Under the pieces are notes generated by a model, which was not told where the DNA came from, made no database searches, and was given only the letters and a program-made list of their open reading frames with translations. Of a stretch of 64,000 bases of DNA, positions 47,865-62,058 are shown one piece after another. This DNA comes from Gracilinanus agilis (Eukaryota). Made by a program: the position numbers and the translations under genes. The DNA lies in contig NC_058131.1 of the NCBI RefSeq assembly GCF_016433145.1, forward strand, positions 405,326,875 to 405,390,874, given 5' to 3'. Within the stretch, counting starts at the first letter, position 1, and every line of letters starts with the position of its first letter.

Positions 47865-50800
47865 GTGAGTACAGGCATTAGTGTAAATATTGGTATATGT
47901 GTGTATGTATGTATATATGCATGTATGGAGCCCTCTGCAAGCGTATGTAGTGAGTATGGAACGGAATACGCTATAGAAGCTCTTAGACTGGGACCTCTAC
48001 TTACGGCACTAAAGAACGTCCTCTCAAAGACTCGGTGAGGCATTAACTGATCGCTCTGTCCCGAGACATCTGTAGGAGTTGAGAAGGCAGAACTAAACAT
48101 GTGTTTGGGACCCCAAGAAGCGTCAGACAGTTTAGAATGGTCTGCCCAAAGCACCAAGCTGGGGTAAAGATGAAATGGGTCTGAGAAGCCTTGCTTAAGA
48201 CCTTGGGTGGTAGGAGTCAGAGGCGTCCTGGAGGACCAGCTGGATGCTTAAACTCTGTATCTGAACTGAGGCAAATTGAATGCCATGGATGATTTAGGCA
48301 ACTGGTTCTAATATTCTGCATACCTCTGTTTCTCTTCCTTTATTGGGGTGCAGATCTGAGAGGCCATGTCCTTGAATCCCCCTCTTTACCTTAGCCTCCT
48401 TTAGTCTGAAGCTTCCCCATATCCAAGAGGTCCAGCATCCCTACCACTGAGGGTTTGGTTCAGAGGCACATTCCCATTCTAAGCCTTGATACTTTCATTC
48501 CTGTAAAAAATGGGAGCTTAATTGAAAGGAATTTAGGTTAGACTGGACGAGGAAGCCAAGGTTGTTCCATGTGTGGAACCTGCTGAGATTTTTTTTTTTT
48601 TAAACACATGGCAGGAGTACTGGGGACATCACCACCACCATCCCCAGTATCAATTAAGGAACGGAAATACCTACCTGAAATTTAGGGAAATACCATCACA
48701 CACACTTCATAGTTATAGCCCTTTCAGGTTTGTTTTTATTGACTCATTTTTCAGTCCTAACTCTTCATGAACCCTTTTGGAATTTTCTTGGCAAAGAGCC
48801 TGTAATGGTTTGCCATTTCCTTCTCCAGCTCATTTTACAGATGAGGAAACTGAGTGATTTGCCCAGAGTCACATAGCTGGTAAGTATCTGAGGCCAGATT
48901 TGAACTCAGGAAGATCAGTCTTCCCAACACTTTATTCACTGTACCCCATTTTCAGGTTTACAGTGTGCTTTTCTCTTAACAACCCTATGAGATAGCTAGT
49001 GACAATATTTTAACCCTCATTTTATAGATGAGGAAAAAAGCCTGGAGAAGTTGCCCATAGTGTCACAACTATCAGAGTTGGCATTTAAACCCAATCCAGT
49101 GCTTTTTCCATGACAACATAACGATACAATTTTGCAGCAGGGCGTAGCCTGCCTGCTGCAAACTTTGAATATGTCAGTGATGCTTGACTATGCCTAGCAT
49201 GGTACCTTACACATCCCAACTGCTTAAATTGTGCTTTAGTGAGTGAATGATCATTTTGCAGCTCTGGCCACTAATGTTGCCTTACTCTCCTGGGAAAAGA
49301 CAGATAGAACAGGTGGTTCCATGGGGTACTGGAATCTACTGTCCTCCTGGTAAACCTGTTTCTATTTCTGCTAAATCTCCTTGCTCTCAAGATCCTGGCC
49401 AGTGTTTTTTGACCAAGAAAGATTACCAACAAGCTCTCCCAGAATTGCACTGAAGCATTAGTACACGAAGTGGTGCTTCAAGATATTGCTTTCAATGGAG
49501 GCAGAAAGAGAAGAAATTCCAGAAATACTAGCCACCAGACCAAACTGTTTGACACCATTAGCAGTTCCAGGGAATGGTAGCTGTTGCATTAATTTGCCTG
49601 TGTAGACAATCCTCCTATGGTATGAATCCTCAGATGGTATGAATGGCCATGTTAGAACTAAGAGCAGGGACAGCTAGGTAGCACAGTGAATAGAGCACCA
49701 GGACTAGGGACAGGAGGATCTGAGTTCAAATATGACCTCAGATACTTCCTTGCTGTGAGTCCCTGAGCTAGTTATTTAGCCCCTATTGCCTAGCCTTTGC
49801 CACTCTTCTGTCTTAGAATTACTACTAAAACAGGAGGTAAGGGTTATTTAAAAAAAAAAAAAAGAATTGAGGATAAAGACAAAACTACTTCTCTGTCACT
49901 AATAAACCAAGGCACAATGAGGGAATATATTCACTTTTTTTCAAGTGAAGATACTTATTTTTAAAAGATTTTTTTCTTGATTCTCCTTTTTTTTAAACAA
50001 CATTGTCACTTTATAATGACTCCCTCTTCTCTCTGTAGAGCCTTCTCTTGTAACAAATAAGTACAGCCAAACTAAACAAATATACATATTAGCCATGTCA
50101 GAATGTGCCTCATTTTCATGCCTTTAGTTCATTTCTTCTCTGTCAAGAGGTGGGAGGTATAATTCACCAACATTCTTCCCCCCACCCCCAACCCTTACCT
50201 TAATTTAGGCCTTCCCAAATGTCTTTGAATTCTTCATATTCATCATTTCTTACAGAAAAATGATATTTTGTCACATACATATTTCACAGTTTGTTCAACT
50301 ATTCCCCAGTTAATGGGCACTGATTTTGTTTCCTATTTTTTACTGCCAAAAAAAAAAATACAGAAATGCAAACAAGAAGCCCTGAGTTCAAATTTGGCCT
50401 CAGATACTTCCTAACTATGTGACCCTGAGCAAGTCGCTTAGCCCTTGCTGCTCTTCTATTTTAGAACTGATACTAAGATAGAAGGTAAAGGTTATTAAAA
50501 AAAAAAGAAGAGCAAAGGTGAAACCACTTCCCTATCACCAGTAAACCAAGGCACAATTGGATATCAATGGATCTTACCCTCTGTCTTTGACTTCTTTAGG
50601 GTGTACATTCAGTAGTGAGATCACTGGATAAAAGGGTATGTATGAGGGGCAGCTAGTTCAAGGGGTAGAGAACCAGGCTGAAGTCCTGGGTTCAAACCTG
50701 GCCTTACACAATTCTAAGCTGTGTATCCCTGGGCAAATCACTTAACTGCAATTGCCTAGCCCATTCCACTCTTCTAATCAATACTTAATACGGATTCTGA

Positions 50801-53800
50801 GACAGAAGGTTAAGGTGTATTTAAAAAAAGAAAAAGAAAGGGTATGTTCAGTTTAGTGACTTTGGTAATAAAATTCCAAATTGTTTTCCATAATACTTGG
50901 GTCAATTCTCAGCTTTACCAACAATGTATTAGTATGTATAAATACATAGAATCCACGAATATCAGAGACCTTTCAATATCATAGACTTGAGGATATCCAC
51001 TAATTTGTAGAAATGCAGCCTAGAATAGTAGGCGGAAAAAACCCTGAACTGAGCAGAGGGAATTGAAACAGTGTGAGGGACTTGGCATATAAAGCCTTTG
51101 TTATCCCATGTTGAGAAGATCTAGGAAGGGCAAGAAGGAAATGACAATTGGATTCCTCCTCCTCCTCCTTCCTTCAGCTACAGAGGGAGGAAATTCACTA
51201 TTGCCAGCATTTAGCACCCCACCTCTGGTATTTAGTCTTCCATTTTGGGGGCTGGAGACATTTTCAGATTGCTTTCAATTGAAGGCCCAGAACCAGTCTG
51301 TATACCTACTTAATCTTCCAAAGAACTAGGGTTTTCTTTCTTGCCTTCATGTTTCTGATGCTGCCAATCATAACTTAAGCATGGTCCTGCTATCACTCAC
51401 ATTCTCCACGGTGAATAGCAGTGTCCTTAGACTTGGGTTATTCTGGAATGCTCTCTCTGCATCTGCTCCATGACAAGGAATCTGTCTCAAGATCCTGACT
51501 CTTGGTGATTTAAGCCCTCTTCTGCTTTTCTTTGTGGTACCTACAGGATCCTCACCTCTGGTCTCTTTTTATCTCCTTGGTCTCTTTTTTATCACCATTT
51601 TTATATATAACTTAATGTGTCCCCCACATTCCTACCTGTTTGGTTCTTTCAGATTGCTTCCCTACCTCTCTTATCAGCCCTCACCTGGTATCTCTCCCCA
51701 AGCAGGAGACCTCTCTACCATGGATAGCATGGCTATGGGTAACTGCATCCACGCCAGAAAACTGTGCCTGGCTGATTCCACTTGTAGCACCCCCTTCCTC
51801 TACTTGGAAACCTGCTTTCCTTTCATGACCTCCACTCCTCAGAAGCCTGAAAAGCAGGAGAGTTGCCTGGAGGCAGCACAACAGCTCAAGAACAGCTCCC
51901 TGAGCAGCTGCAGATGCTATTGGCGCATGAAGAATCAGGACACCTGCCTGGCAATCTACTGGACCATCCACTCTACTTTTGGCTTTGGTGAGTCTCTTAT
52001 GTGGATAGGGACAGGGGGCTGGGTTCAGGGAATTCTCCCTAGTTCTACAGGATGCCAAGGGTATGGTAGAAATATGATGGCTGAAGAGGCCTGCATTGTC
52101 TTTAATCATTCTTATGGGCCCCCAGTATACTGCTCTCTTTTCCTAGCTCTCCTGGCCCTAGAGAATGACCCTGGTGAAGTGAATGTCTGACCCAGTTCTT
52201 ACTGTAGCGGTTCTCGCCCTGGGGTGCCTCCAAGCTCTATGGGAAGGTAGTGCACATTCCCAAAGACTGATGTAGAAGTTATACAGAGTTGCACAGTATC
52301 AGCAAGTCCAGAGTGATGCAGGACAGACAGAATGAGTACTCAGACAGTGTCCTGGCAGAGGCCCCAGGAAGCTTGGCACTGCTATTGATATTCAGGCTAC
52401 TCATTAACCAGGAGAGAGAAAGACAAAGATAAGGCACATGGGAAAAGCTTTTCAGGAGAAGAGCAAAATGGAGTCTCTCCTTGTTCTTTTTGGGGAATAC
52501 CCTTCTCTGATCCCTTTCTCCATTATAATCACCACGTTTCTTGGGAGGGATATACCCCCAAAGATCTTTTTGAGTACTAGATCCTTTCTTCCCCATCTCC
52601 CCTTCCCATTTACTTAGGGGAGAGGGGCAGGCAGGGACAACTGTTTCTCTTCTGGTACTCACTACTTTTTCTATTGATCTGGCCTATCTTTTGCCAGATG
52701 CTGAAATTACACTCCCAGTGCCCTGCTGGGTCATGCTCACCTGCCCTTACATTCTTCTTATGGATCACAGGGTTATGGATTTAGGGCTGGAAGGATATAG
52801 TTCATCCTATCCCACATTAGACATATAATTATAAGGCAAGGCAGTCTGTTTCTCTGGTGCCTTTCCCCAGACTTTTTCTGTTAGGGTTTTGCTGTCATTT
52901 ACCCCTCCCAAGTCAGACCCCATTTCTTCTTCCTTATCATGGGACACTTTCCCTAGTCAATTAGCCTCCTTTCTAGAAGCTCAGGCTGAAGACTGTTCCT
53001 TCCTCCATAGAAAAAAACAACTATGTCCTTTTTCCTATTGTTTCTTTCCCCCATAGAAAAATACAGCATCTCCTGGTCCCCAACAAGTCACATAAATGCC
53101 TCTTGGCCAGAGAATCCAACCTGCCCCTTCCTTGTCAACTTCTGCCTGTAGTCTCCTTCTGGCTGGATCAGGTTCTAGGTCTTAACTCATTTTAAGTCTG
53201 AGCTGTCATCCCCCCCATCCCCTCATCTAAGTCCCACCCTGCCATGGTTTATAGGTCTCTGATGTTTTCACCTCTTTTTTTTCTAGGTGACTATGATCTG
53301 GGGGGCTCGCCATATAAAGAAATTGTGATCAGCAAACCTTGGAAATTTAATCACCTGCATTTAGACAAGTTTGAATCAGGTGTGTGGATCTAGGCAGGGG
53401 CTGGGGAGATGGAAGCTTGAACTGGGTATTAGGGGAGTGGGGGAGAATCCTTATTCTTTGCTTATAACATAAGGGATTCCAAGCCAAGGGAGGCAAAGGG
53501 CTCTTTGTATCTGTCAGGATGGCAGATGGAGCTGTTTGGAATGTCCTAGTCACAGTGCAATCACACATAGACACAGACACACACACACACACACCACACA
53601 CACAATGATTGTTGAGGGAGACAGACTAAAACCATTTGTCCCTCAGGTTCATATAGTGAAGGGAACTCAAGGGCATGGTAGGTGTGACATCAGCTCCCAA
53701 ATGAGTGAGGTAATTAACTATCATCCTGGGCATCTTGGAAAATTCTCTGTGTTCCCCACAGAGTTGAAAAGGTTTTCAGATATGGGGAAAGAGGAGAGAA

Positions 53801-56800
53801 AACTAGTAAAAATAGTCTATGCCTATATGACTCATAGGTCTAGATCTGGAAGAGACCTAAGAAATCGTCTAGTCCAACCCACTCACATTTTACAGAGGGG
53901 GAAACTGAGTTCCCTGGAAATTAGGTGACCTGCTGAGGGTCATACAGGTAGTAAGCATCAGAAGCGTGAATTTGAACCCATGTTCTAGTGCTTGTTCACA
54001 CTAAGCCACATTGCCTTTTCATATTAAAGAATCATTAGGAGCAGCCTGGTACATGCAAAAGGAATGTTAGATTTGGAATCAGGGAACCTGGGCTGCAGTC
54101 TTAGCTCTGCCATCCTTTGGTAAGTCACCTACCTGTGTCAGCTCTCTTTTCTTTTTTAAACCCTCTTTTAAAAAACTCTTACCTTTTGACTTAGCATCAT
54201 TTCTAAGACAGAATATTGGCAAGAGCTGGACAATCAGAGTTTAGTACCCAGCTAGAAAGTATCTGAGGCTAGATTCAAACTCTGGTCCTCCTGAATGAAG
54301 GCCTGGCACTCTATCCACTGTGCTACCTAGCTGCCCCTCAGCCTTACTTTTCTCATATACAAATTGAAGGTTCTGAACCAGATGACCTCTGAAATCTGTT
54401 CTACCTCTAAATCTATGACCATGGGGTGTGTTACAGAAGTGGAAGGTGATGGTATTTGGATTTTTAAATTAGGGTAAAGGTATGACAGAGTTGAGAACAG
54501 GTTTGGAAATGTTCAAACAGAGCCTAGAAGAACCAAACAGGGCTATGACCTGTGCTAAATCTCTATCTGGAACCTATGCTCATTCTTATTACCTCTTTTT
54601 TTTTTAAACTCTTACCTTCTATCTTAGAATCAGTATTGCATACCTGTTCCAAGACAAAAGAGCTGTAAGGGCTAGGCAATTAAGGTTAAATGATTTGCCC
54701 AGTGTCATACAGCTAGAACATGTCTCTGGCCAGGTTTGAACCCAGGAAGGGGGAAGAGCTGGCACCTGCTTTTGTGTCTAAGCAGTCTTTAGGGAAGCTT
54801 ATGGGTAGTTCGAGTTACAAACAGTGAGTAGCTTGTTGGGAGGACTGGAGGCTATGTTGGGTGTCAGGGCTCCAAGTGGGTTGAAAGAGAACTTAGGTTC
54901 CAGTACCGTCAAGGTGAAGGGTTAATATAGACATCAGACACTGGGTGGGTGCTAGGGAGGGCTGAGACCTATATTTGGGAGAGGAGGAGGATTCTGGGTG
55001 GTTGGCAGCACCATGTCCAGTTTCCTGGTATAGGAGAAGAATAGTAGGGGATTGCTGCCCTTCTCTCCTAGGTTCCCAGAGCCACGATCTTTGCCTGAAG
55101 TCTACCACTCTGTGCACCCTGAATGACAAATGTAACAAGTTGCGCCTGGCCTATGGAGAGGTCTGCTCAGTGGCTAATTGCCAGCCCCTAAAGTGCCAGG
55201 AGGAGCTCCGGGTCTTCTTTGAGCAGGTGGCAGACCACTATGCACAGGCACTTCTATTCTGCCCTTGTGACAATGGAGATGATGTCTGTGGGGCACGACG
55301 GCGCAACACTATTGCCCCCAGCTGTGCTTCTCCAATACGTGATCTCCCCAACTGCCTGATGCTTTGGAACACCTGCCTTCAAGACTTTCTCTGCAGGTGG
55401 GTCTGACCTTATGGGGCAGAAGGAGACCTTGTTCCTCTGCCTTTCAAGAAATGTCTTTTCATTGATCACCTAGATCTGCCCAGAGGAGAAGTATATTAGT
55501 AGGTATATCCCTATAGTTCTATAAATTAATGGTGGTTTATAATAGTTAATAATTTGCATTAATAGTTAATAGTTTGAGTAGATTTTCTATGGCAAATTTT
55601 TTTCAAGTTTGCATTGTCTTTAAAAAAAACTTCCCCCGCCTTTTTTTCAATTACATATAGAAACAATTTTTGACAAATTGATATTTTGAGATTCAGATTC
55701 CCTCTTCCCTCCACCCACCTCAGATGGCAAATAGTCTGTCTGATATAGGTTATGCCAGTGCTTTTGTTGAATATATATTTCCATATTCCCCATGCTGTGA
55801 CAGAAGAAACATATACGTACAATTATTTGAAAAAAAAAAAACTTGTGGAGTAAATAAAGTGAAAGATGGCATCCTTTAATTCCAACAAAATTCTGACTAT
55901 GGATAGCATTTATCATGTCTGTTGGGGTTAATCTTGGGTTTTGTTTTTTTTATGACAATAGTTTAATCCTTCACAGTTGACCATTGCACAATATTTCCTT
56001 TATTGTATGCAGTGTTCTGGTTCTGCTCCCTTCACTTTTCATCAGTTCTTATAAGTCTTTTCAGGTTTTTCTGAACTCATCCTTTTCATTATTTCTTATG
56101 GCACAATAGTATTCCATTATAGTCATATATCACAACTTATTCAGTATGGCAAATTTTTGATCCTAGTCTGGCTTTCTTGTACCTCTTCCCTCAGAGAATG
56201 ACACTAAGAGGTATTAGAAAGGGAAATCTCTAAGCAAACCAATTCTATTACATTCATTCTAAAGACAAATTCAAATGAGACTAGTGGTATTCTCTCTATC
56301 TGCCCCCATATTACATCCTAAGGATTTTTAAAAAATTCTGGTCTTTTGAGGGGCTCTGGAGGGGAACCAACATAAACTTATCATTGGGTTCCCAAATTCT
56401 GAGAATTCTTTATAAGAATTTGAAGAATAAAAGTGCCCTTCACCATTTCCTTCCCTAGGTTCCTGTCCCTTGCCCTTCTCCCTCCACACTCCCATTTCCT
56501 TTCTCAAGGTAATATTCGATTCTATAAATTTAATTCCCACTAAGACTAGGAATTCATTGATGCTAGACCTCTTCCCAACTCTGATTTTTTTTTCAACCAC
56601 AACACCCTACTTTTCCAGAGTTGTCTCAGTTCCCAAACTTTCCCTTTTTTCCAGATCCCGCCTGGCTGATTTTCAGATGTATTGCTATCACATGGACCCT
56701 CCAGGGACCTGTGTGGAGAGGCATTCTAGTAGATGCCTGAAGGCATATATGGGGTTAATTGGTAAGACCAAAAGGACAGGTACCTAGAAGAGAGACATTT

Positions 56801-59105
56801 GGGGAGGACTAGATGGCCAGGATCTCCATGGGTTAAAATATATGAGACCAAGGATAAGGTGGCATCAAGTGAGATGGGGGGTGGCCTGGTGTTGGAGGAA
56901 GGGCCCTGATGGTGGCTACCATCTTTCTGCACAGGAACTGTAATGACTCCCAATTACATCAGCAACCTCAGTGCTGATGTTGCTGTGAGCTGCTCCTGCC
57001 AGGGGAGTGGCAACCAACTAGAAGAATGCAAGCGTATAGAGGAATCCTTCTCCAGAAATCCCTGCCTCAGTGAGTTTTGTGCGTTTGTGTGTGTTTTGCT
57101 GTTGCCTAGGGCCAGGACTAAAGGAAGGGAGAGTGGGTTGGTACCTAAGTGATTATGCTCCTCAAGAGTGTGAGACTCTAAAATTCTTCCTTTTGACTCC
57201 CAAATCTGGAGTATTATAAGGAATGCTTCCTACCACCAAGCCTCCCATAGCCTTCCATTTCCTTTTCCTCACTCACTGTTGGATCCTAGATTACGTAAGA
57301 GTCAGAATGTCAGAACTAGAAGGGACTTTAGGTCCCCATTGACCATTGATCAGTGTTTACATAGACCCTTTCATTTTACAGAGTCAGAAACTGGGGCTCA
57401 GAGAAGGAAAATGGAACCCATAGAATATTTTCAAATTTAAAGGTTTTTTTGTTATCTTTTGTTTTCATATCAATGTAATTTCCAACTATGTCCCTCACCC
57501 ACCCCTTCCCCTGTAAGTCATCCCTTTGGCACAAAGAATAAAGGAGAAAAAAAAGGAAGAAAAAAAAGTTCCACAAAACTAGTCAACATATCAACTGAGT
57601 TTGGTAGGAGATACAATGTTCTGTACTCCTGGTCCCCCACCTCTGTAATGAAAGGAGAATAGGTCATTTTTCTCAAACTCTTGCAAGGGAATCAATCTTA
57701 GTCACTGAAATAACATAGCATTCAGGGGCAGCTAGGTAGCACAGTGGATCAAGCACCAGCCTGGAGGTAGGAGGACCTTGTTTCAAATCTGACCTCAAGG
57801 TCTTGATTGATGACACATGTTAAAACCAGTGGAATGTGCGTAGGCTATGGTGGGAGTCGGGAGTAAAGGGGAAAGTAAAAACATGTAACCATGGAAAATT
57901 TTTCTAAAAAAATAAAATATTTAAATCAAATCTGACCTCACACATTTCCTAGCTGAAGACCCTGGGCAAGTCATTTAACCATACTGCTTAGCCCTAGAAT
58001 TAATACTAAGACAGAAGTTAGAGTTTTAAAATCAATAAAAAATAATAAAAGAAAAAATCATTTATAGTATTCAGTTCCATTTTATTTTTTGTTGACATTT
58101 CAACAAATACTTATTAAGTCCCTACTATATGCAAGGCACTATAAATACAAGCACAAAAATGAAACAGTCAAAAGCCTAAAGGAATTTTCATTCTTAAGGA
58201 GAAGTAACATGGACAAGGTTGCCCAGTAGTAAACAGCATAGCTGAGATTCAAACTCAAATTTTTTGGCTTCTAATCCAATGATTTTCTATTATATTATTT
58301 CTCTCCCAATATTCAGATGCTCCTTAAGGGCTTCACCTTTATCGTTGGGGACTAAAAGATCCTCATCCCTCAAACAGAAACCTGCCCAAATAGTCTGAGG
58401 CTCTGGGTCTATATCTTGACTTGGATCTCTAATACCTGTGGGATCCTGGGGAAACTTCCACTTATCTTCTTGACTCTTAGTTCATTCAACTGTAAAAAGA
58501 GTGTTGGATTCATTACCCTTCCAATTCTGGATCTGGATCAATGATCATAAAGTACAATCCCTCTTCATCCCATCCCCTGAGGTTTCTATGTTCTTGCCTA
58601 TTCCCTAGCCAAGGCCATTGAAACTCAGATGGAATTTCACCGTCAACTGCTTTCCAAAAGCTCCCCCACTGCCGTCTCTGGGAAAAGCTTTAAAGGCTTT
58701 GAAGATCCTTCCTATTCAGTGGAGATAGACCAGGTGAATGCTTCTTTTTACGGTTGCATCTCCCCCAAATTACTTGGTGGGACCCCCTTCCTGGGGAGGA
58801 TTTGGTCCCTCTAGGCTTTTTGATAACTTGGGAAGGAGAGAGCTCTGGGTCTGAGGAGCTTCTAGTAGGGGCCAAGGGATGCTTGATGGGAGGGAACAGG
58901 TCCCCCTTGGGGAGATGGAAGAGGGAAGGATTTTGGTAATGAAGATAAAGTGTGACAAAACAGTGTCTTCCTTGTTGATCACAGCCGCTCTACCACATTT
59001 TCTTCTCAGGATAAAAATCTGGCTGGAAGACTGCAACCCTGGGTCCCCTCCATCTCTCTAGGCTCCCTGATCTTGGTTTTGTTCCTGCTCTCTGCCCTTG
59101 GCTAG
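47795..59105 (+). CDS. GFRA3: GDNF family receptor alpha-3 (artemin receptor), 8 exons, 410 aa
   Basis: Exons 47795-47864, 51706-51987, 53287-53379, 55072-55396, 56655-56761, 56935-57069, 58609-58733, 59010-59105. All GT-AG and phase-consistent, 1233 nt. Signal peptide, three Cys-rich GFRa domains (RRRNTIAPSC, SCSCQGSGN..EEC) and a hydrophobic GPI-anchor tail. Confidence 0.95.
51706..51987 (+). CDS. GFRA3: GFRA3 exon 2 (domain 1)
   Basis: CIHARKLC...CLEAAQQLKNSSLSSCRCYWRMKNQDTCLAIYW. Confidence 0.93.
53287..53379 (+). CDS. GFRA3: GFRA3 exon 3
   Basis: 93 nt, DYDLGGSPYKEIVISKPWKFN. Confidence 0.92.
55072..55396 (+). CDS. GFRA3: GFRA3 exon 4 (domain 2)
   Basis: DLCLKSTTLCTLNDKC...LLFCPC...RRRNTIAPSC. 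Confidence 0.95.
56655..56761 (+). CDS. GFRA3: GFRA3 exon 5
   Basis: SRLADFQMYC...RCLKAYMGLIG. Confidence 0.95.
56935..57069 (+). CDS. GFRA3: GFRA3 exon 6
   Basis: TVMTPNYISN...SCSCQGSGNQLEEC...NPCL. Confidence 0.95.
57798..57925 (+). mobile_element. Extreme 3' tip of an L1 nested in a SINE (SINE ~57725-58040)
   Basis: 15-bp TSD TCAAATCTGACCTCA (57783-57797, 57926-57940); G-rich 3'UTR plus A-rich tail. Confidence 0.8.
58609..58733 (+). CDS. GFRA3: GFRA3 exon 7
   Basis: KAIETQMEFHRQLLSK...VEIDQ; TTCCCTAG / GTGAAT. Confidence 0.88.
59010..59105 (+). CDS. GFRA3: GFRA3 exon 8 (GPI signal)
   Basis: DKNLAGRLQPWVPSISLGSLILVLFLLSALG*. Confidence 0.92.
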   Translation, partial: DKNLAGRLQPWVPSISLGSLILVLFLLSALG

Positions 59106-62058
59106 TGTAATAGTACTTTGCTTGTGGTCCCTCTTTTCCTCTTGCATATTACTTCCCTGAGAGTCCCAGCCAGAGCTGTTTTAAGCTGTTTAAGGAGAGG
59201 CAAAAAAGAAAAAGAGAGAGAGAGAGAGAGACACTATGCCTGTCCCAAACCTTTGTGATCAGTAATCACTAAAGAAGACCTAGAAGGAAAATTCTATTAA
59301 ATAGTAAGGGAAAGAGACCACTACAAAGTAGGGACAAAGATGGCTGAACCAGGGCTGCCCTCTGAAGTTGTTTTTCCATAGAAGAGAGGGGACTCTATGA
59401 TCATTCCTTCAAGGTATACCGCTACAGAGGTCCTAGGCTCCAGGTGAGGCAACACCCTTAGGGATGGGAGGGAAGAGGAGAGGGAAATTGAATTCAACGG
59501 GGTGTCCTTAATGGACTGGGGCTTCCCTGAGCACCTTGTCTCTTCCACCCTAGGTCATCTATTTCTAGGGTGCTGGGGGCTAACCCTGATTGCCTGGCAA
59601 TGGGAATTAGGCAGTGACTGGCTAAGCCAAGTTCTCTCCAATTCTCTTTTTTTTCCTCTTCTCAGACTATGGTCTTTTCCCTTCAAGGGGAAATATTCCT
59701 TCTATTCCTATATTTTTTTCATTCAATCATGAAGCAAACATTTATTAAATGTCAACTATGTGAAACATTGATCCTGCCCTCAAGCAATTTACCACCTAGA
59801 ATAATAATTTGCCAGTTTTGTGGCTCTAGCCAGGCAGAGTGGGATAGTCCTTCCCATCCATCCAAGGAGAAAATAAATCCAAGATTCCCACATCTTGTCT
59901 AATCTTTGGCCCCTAATCTGAATGAGAGAAAAAGAGGCAGCCTGGAATGTCTTATAGCAGGCGCCCAGGTTCTTAAAAAAGAATTTCAGTTCCTAAGTTG
60001 GGTTCTCCTGTGCCCTACTCTGATATGTTATTCCTTCAACCCAATTTCCACCTCCTCAATTATACGTTCATTAAATATTTCTGTTTAAACTTGGTTCTTG
60101 TCAAAGTTTTTTGTTCCACTTCATATTTAAGCAGAACACTATTTCCATAACTCCTTGAGAAACTGGATCCCCTCTTTCACTGCTCCCAATACCTACCTAG
60201 GCTGCCCCTCCACCTCTGTGCCTGTTTTTTTACAGTGAAACTGCCATGCCTGTAGGAGGAAGGCTTAGGCATTTTTGCCTTTTTTAGCACCGCAGCCAAT
60301 TCTGGGTGCCCCTACCTAACCTTAGGATCTGCTACCTAGACCCACAACCCCCCAGGACACATTTGTGCTCTTCCCCTTTCTGAACTTTCAGACCTTAGCC
60401 CACAGGTCTGACTTCTTCCCCTTTCAGAGTCTAGATGAGGAGAAAAAAAACATTCATCTACGTGAAAGAGAATGTTTATGGAATAATGTGTCAAGGAGGA
60501 CCAAATAAGTATAGAATTGGTAAAGAAAGTAAAAAAATCCTGGAATATTTCCTTCAAGAAGTGAGCTTTGAGCAGCATTTTAAAAGGGGTGAAGGAGGGT
60601 TTGGCAGAGAGGAGCTGGGAGAGTGTTCACTTTGAAAAGCCACCCAAAGAAGAAGTCCAGAGAGGCAAGACCAGAAAGGCCCTCCTGTCTGTCTCCCTAG
60701 CACTCTTACCCTCACAGAGAATCAGACCAGAGAATTGGAGAGCTGCAAGAGACCTCAGGGATCATCTGGTCCAACCCCTTCCTTTTCCTAATAAGGAAAA
60801 TGAGGTACAGAGAGAGTAAGCAAATTGCCTAAGGTCTCCTAGATAGTTGTGGCAGAGATGGGACTGGGAACCAGGTTCCTTGGCTCTAATTTTCTTATCA
60901 TCACACTGCCCCTGCAACTGCTTTTTCTATAGGCTTCAAGGGTCACCTGTTCAACCCCACCAGTTTCTCTCCCCTTTCAACCCCTCTACCTATGATTCCC
61001 TGCTCCCTGTGCCCAGGCTCCATTTGCTGTGGCTCTCTCCATTAGCCCTGGGCCAGGGGAGCAGAACAGTCACAGCTAAGTGCTCAAATTAGGCTAATAG
61101 ATGGCTGCTTATTCCTGCTCTTATGTGGTACCGAATTCCTGGTAAACAAACCAGCAGCTCCCACCTCCCGGGCCAGGCGCCAAGAGCTGTGGTGGGGAAA
61201 TGAAGCGTCAAGACTTCATCTCTGAAGGCCCACCAAGTCACACCCACATAGTTATGGCCATTAGGCTGGCTAATAAATAAGGAAGAATGGAGGAGAAAAC
61301 AGAGGGGGAGGAGAAAGAGTAGGCAGATAGAGGTCAAGTTTTCAGCTTGTTGGAGTAAGAAAGGACATAAGACCTTTTGCCAATAGTAGGCTTATATCCC
61401 TGGGAGGCCAGAGACATGAGGAAAAAGCTCATATATATATATACCCAAATGTTCAGAGTAGCACTTTTTTCTTTGAAATAGCAAAAAAAAAAAAAAAAAA
61501 AAGCCTGGAAACATAGAGGATGTCCATCAATGAGGGAAGGGCAGAACAAATTCAGAATCTGCTTGTAATGGAATAGGGTTGTCCTGTGAAAATGACAAAT
61601 GTGCAGAATTCAGAGAAACTTGGAAAGATGTCAAATGATAAAAGAGTGAAGAAAGCAGAGCCAACAGAATAACATATACTCTGACCACAGTAATATGAAG
61701 GAAAACCACATGGAAAAAGACAGTTCTAATGGACATAATTCATTCAACATATATTTATGAAGTACCTACCCACTGTTCTAGACACTGCAACTACAAAGAA
61801 AAAAAATGCCCTCAGGGACTTTCTACTGGGTCATGTAACGATTAATTCAATTCAAGTGAATGGACTATGAAACATCACCCTCTTCCTCTGCAAAGAAAGA
61901 GAGTGGAATGCTGCAAATGCTAGGAAACACCATCAACCTGTTGGTTTGTTTTGCTTAATTTGTTTTCTTTGTTAGAAGGCAGAGTTCAAAGATTACAGGA
62001 AGAATTTTTTCTTAATAAGCAAAATGTGTATGTGTATTGTTTTAAGAAAAAGATGGCA

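Larger units (their letters stand above)
47400..47870 (+). promoter_or_regulatory. GFRA3: GFRA3 CpG-rich promoter / 5'UTR
   Basis: GC-rich block with GC boxes directly upstream of the start codon. Confidence 0.65.

Noticed and set aside
51534-52190. 218-aa ORF as a single coding unit
   Set aside because: Only 51706-51987 is GFRA3 exon 2; the rest is open intronic sequence flanking clear splice sites.
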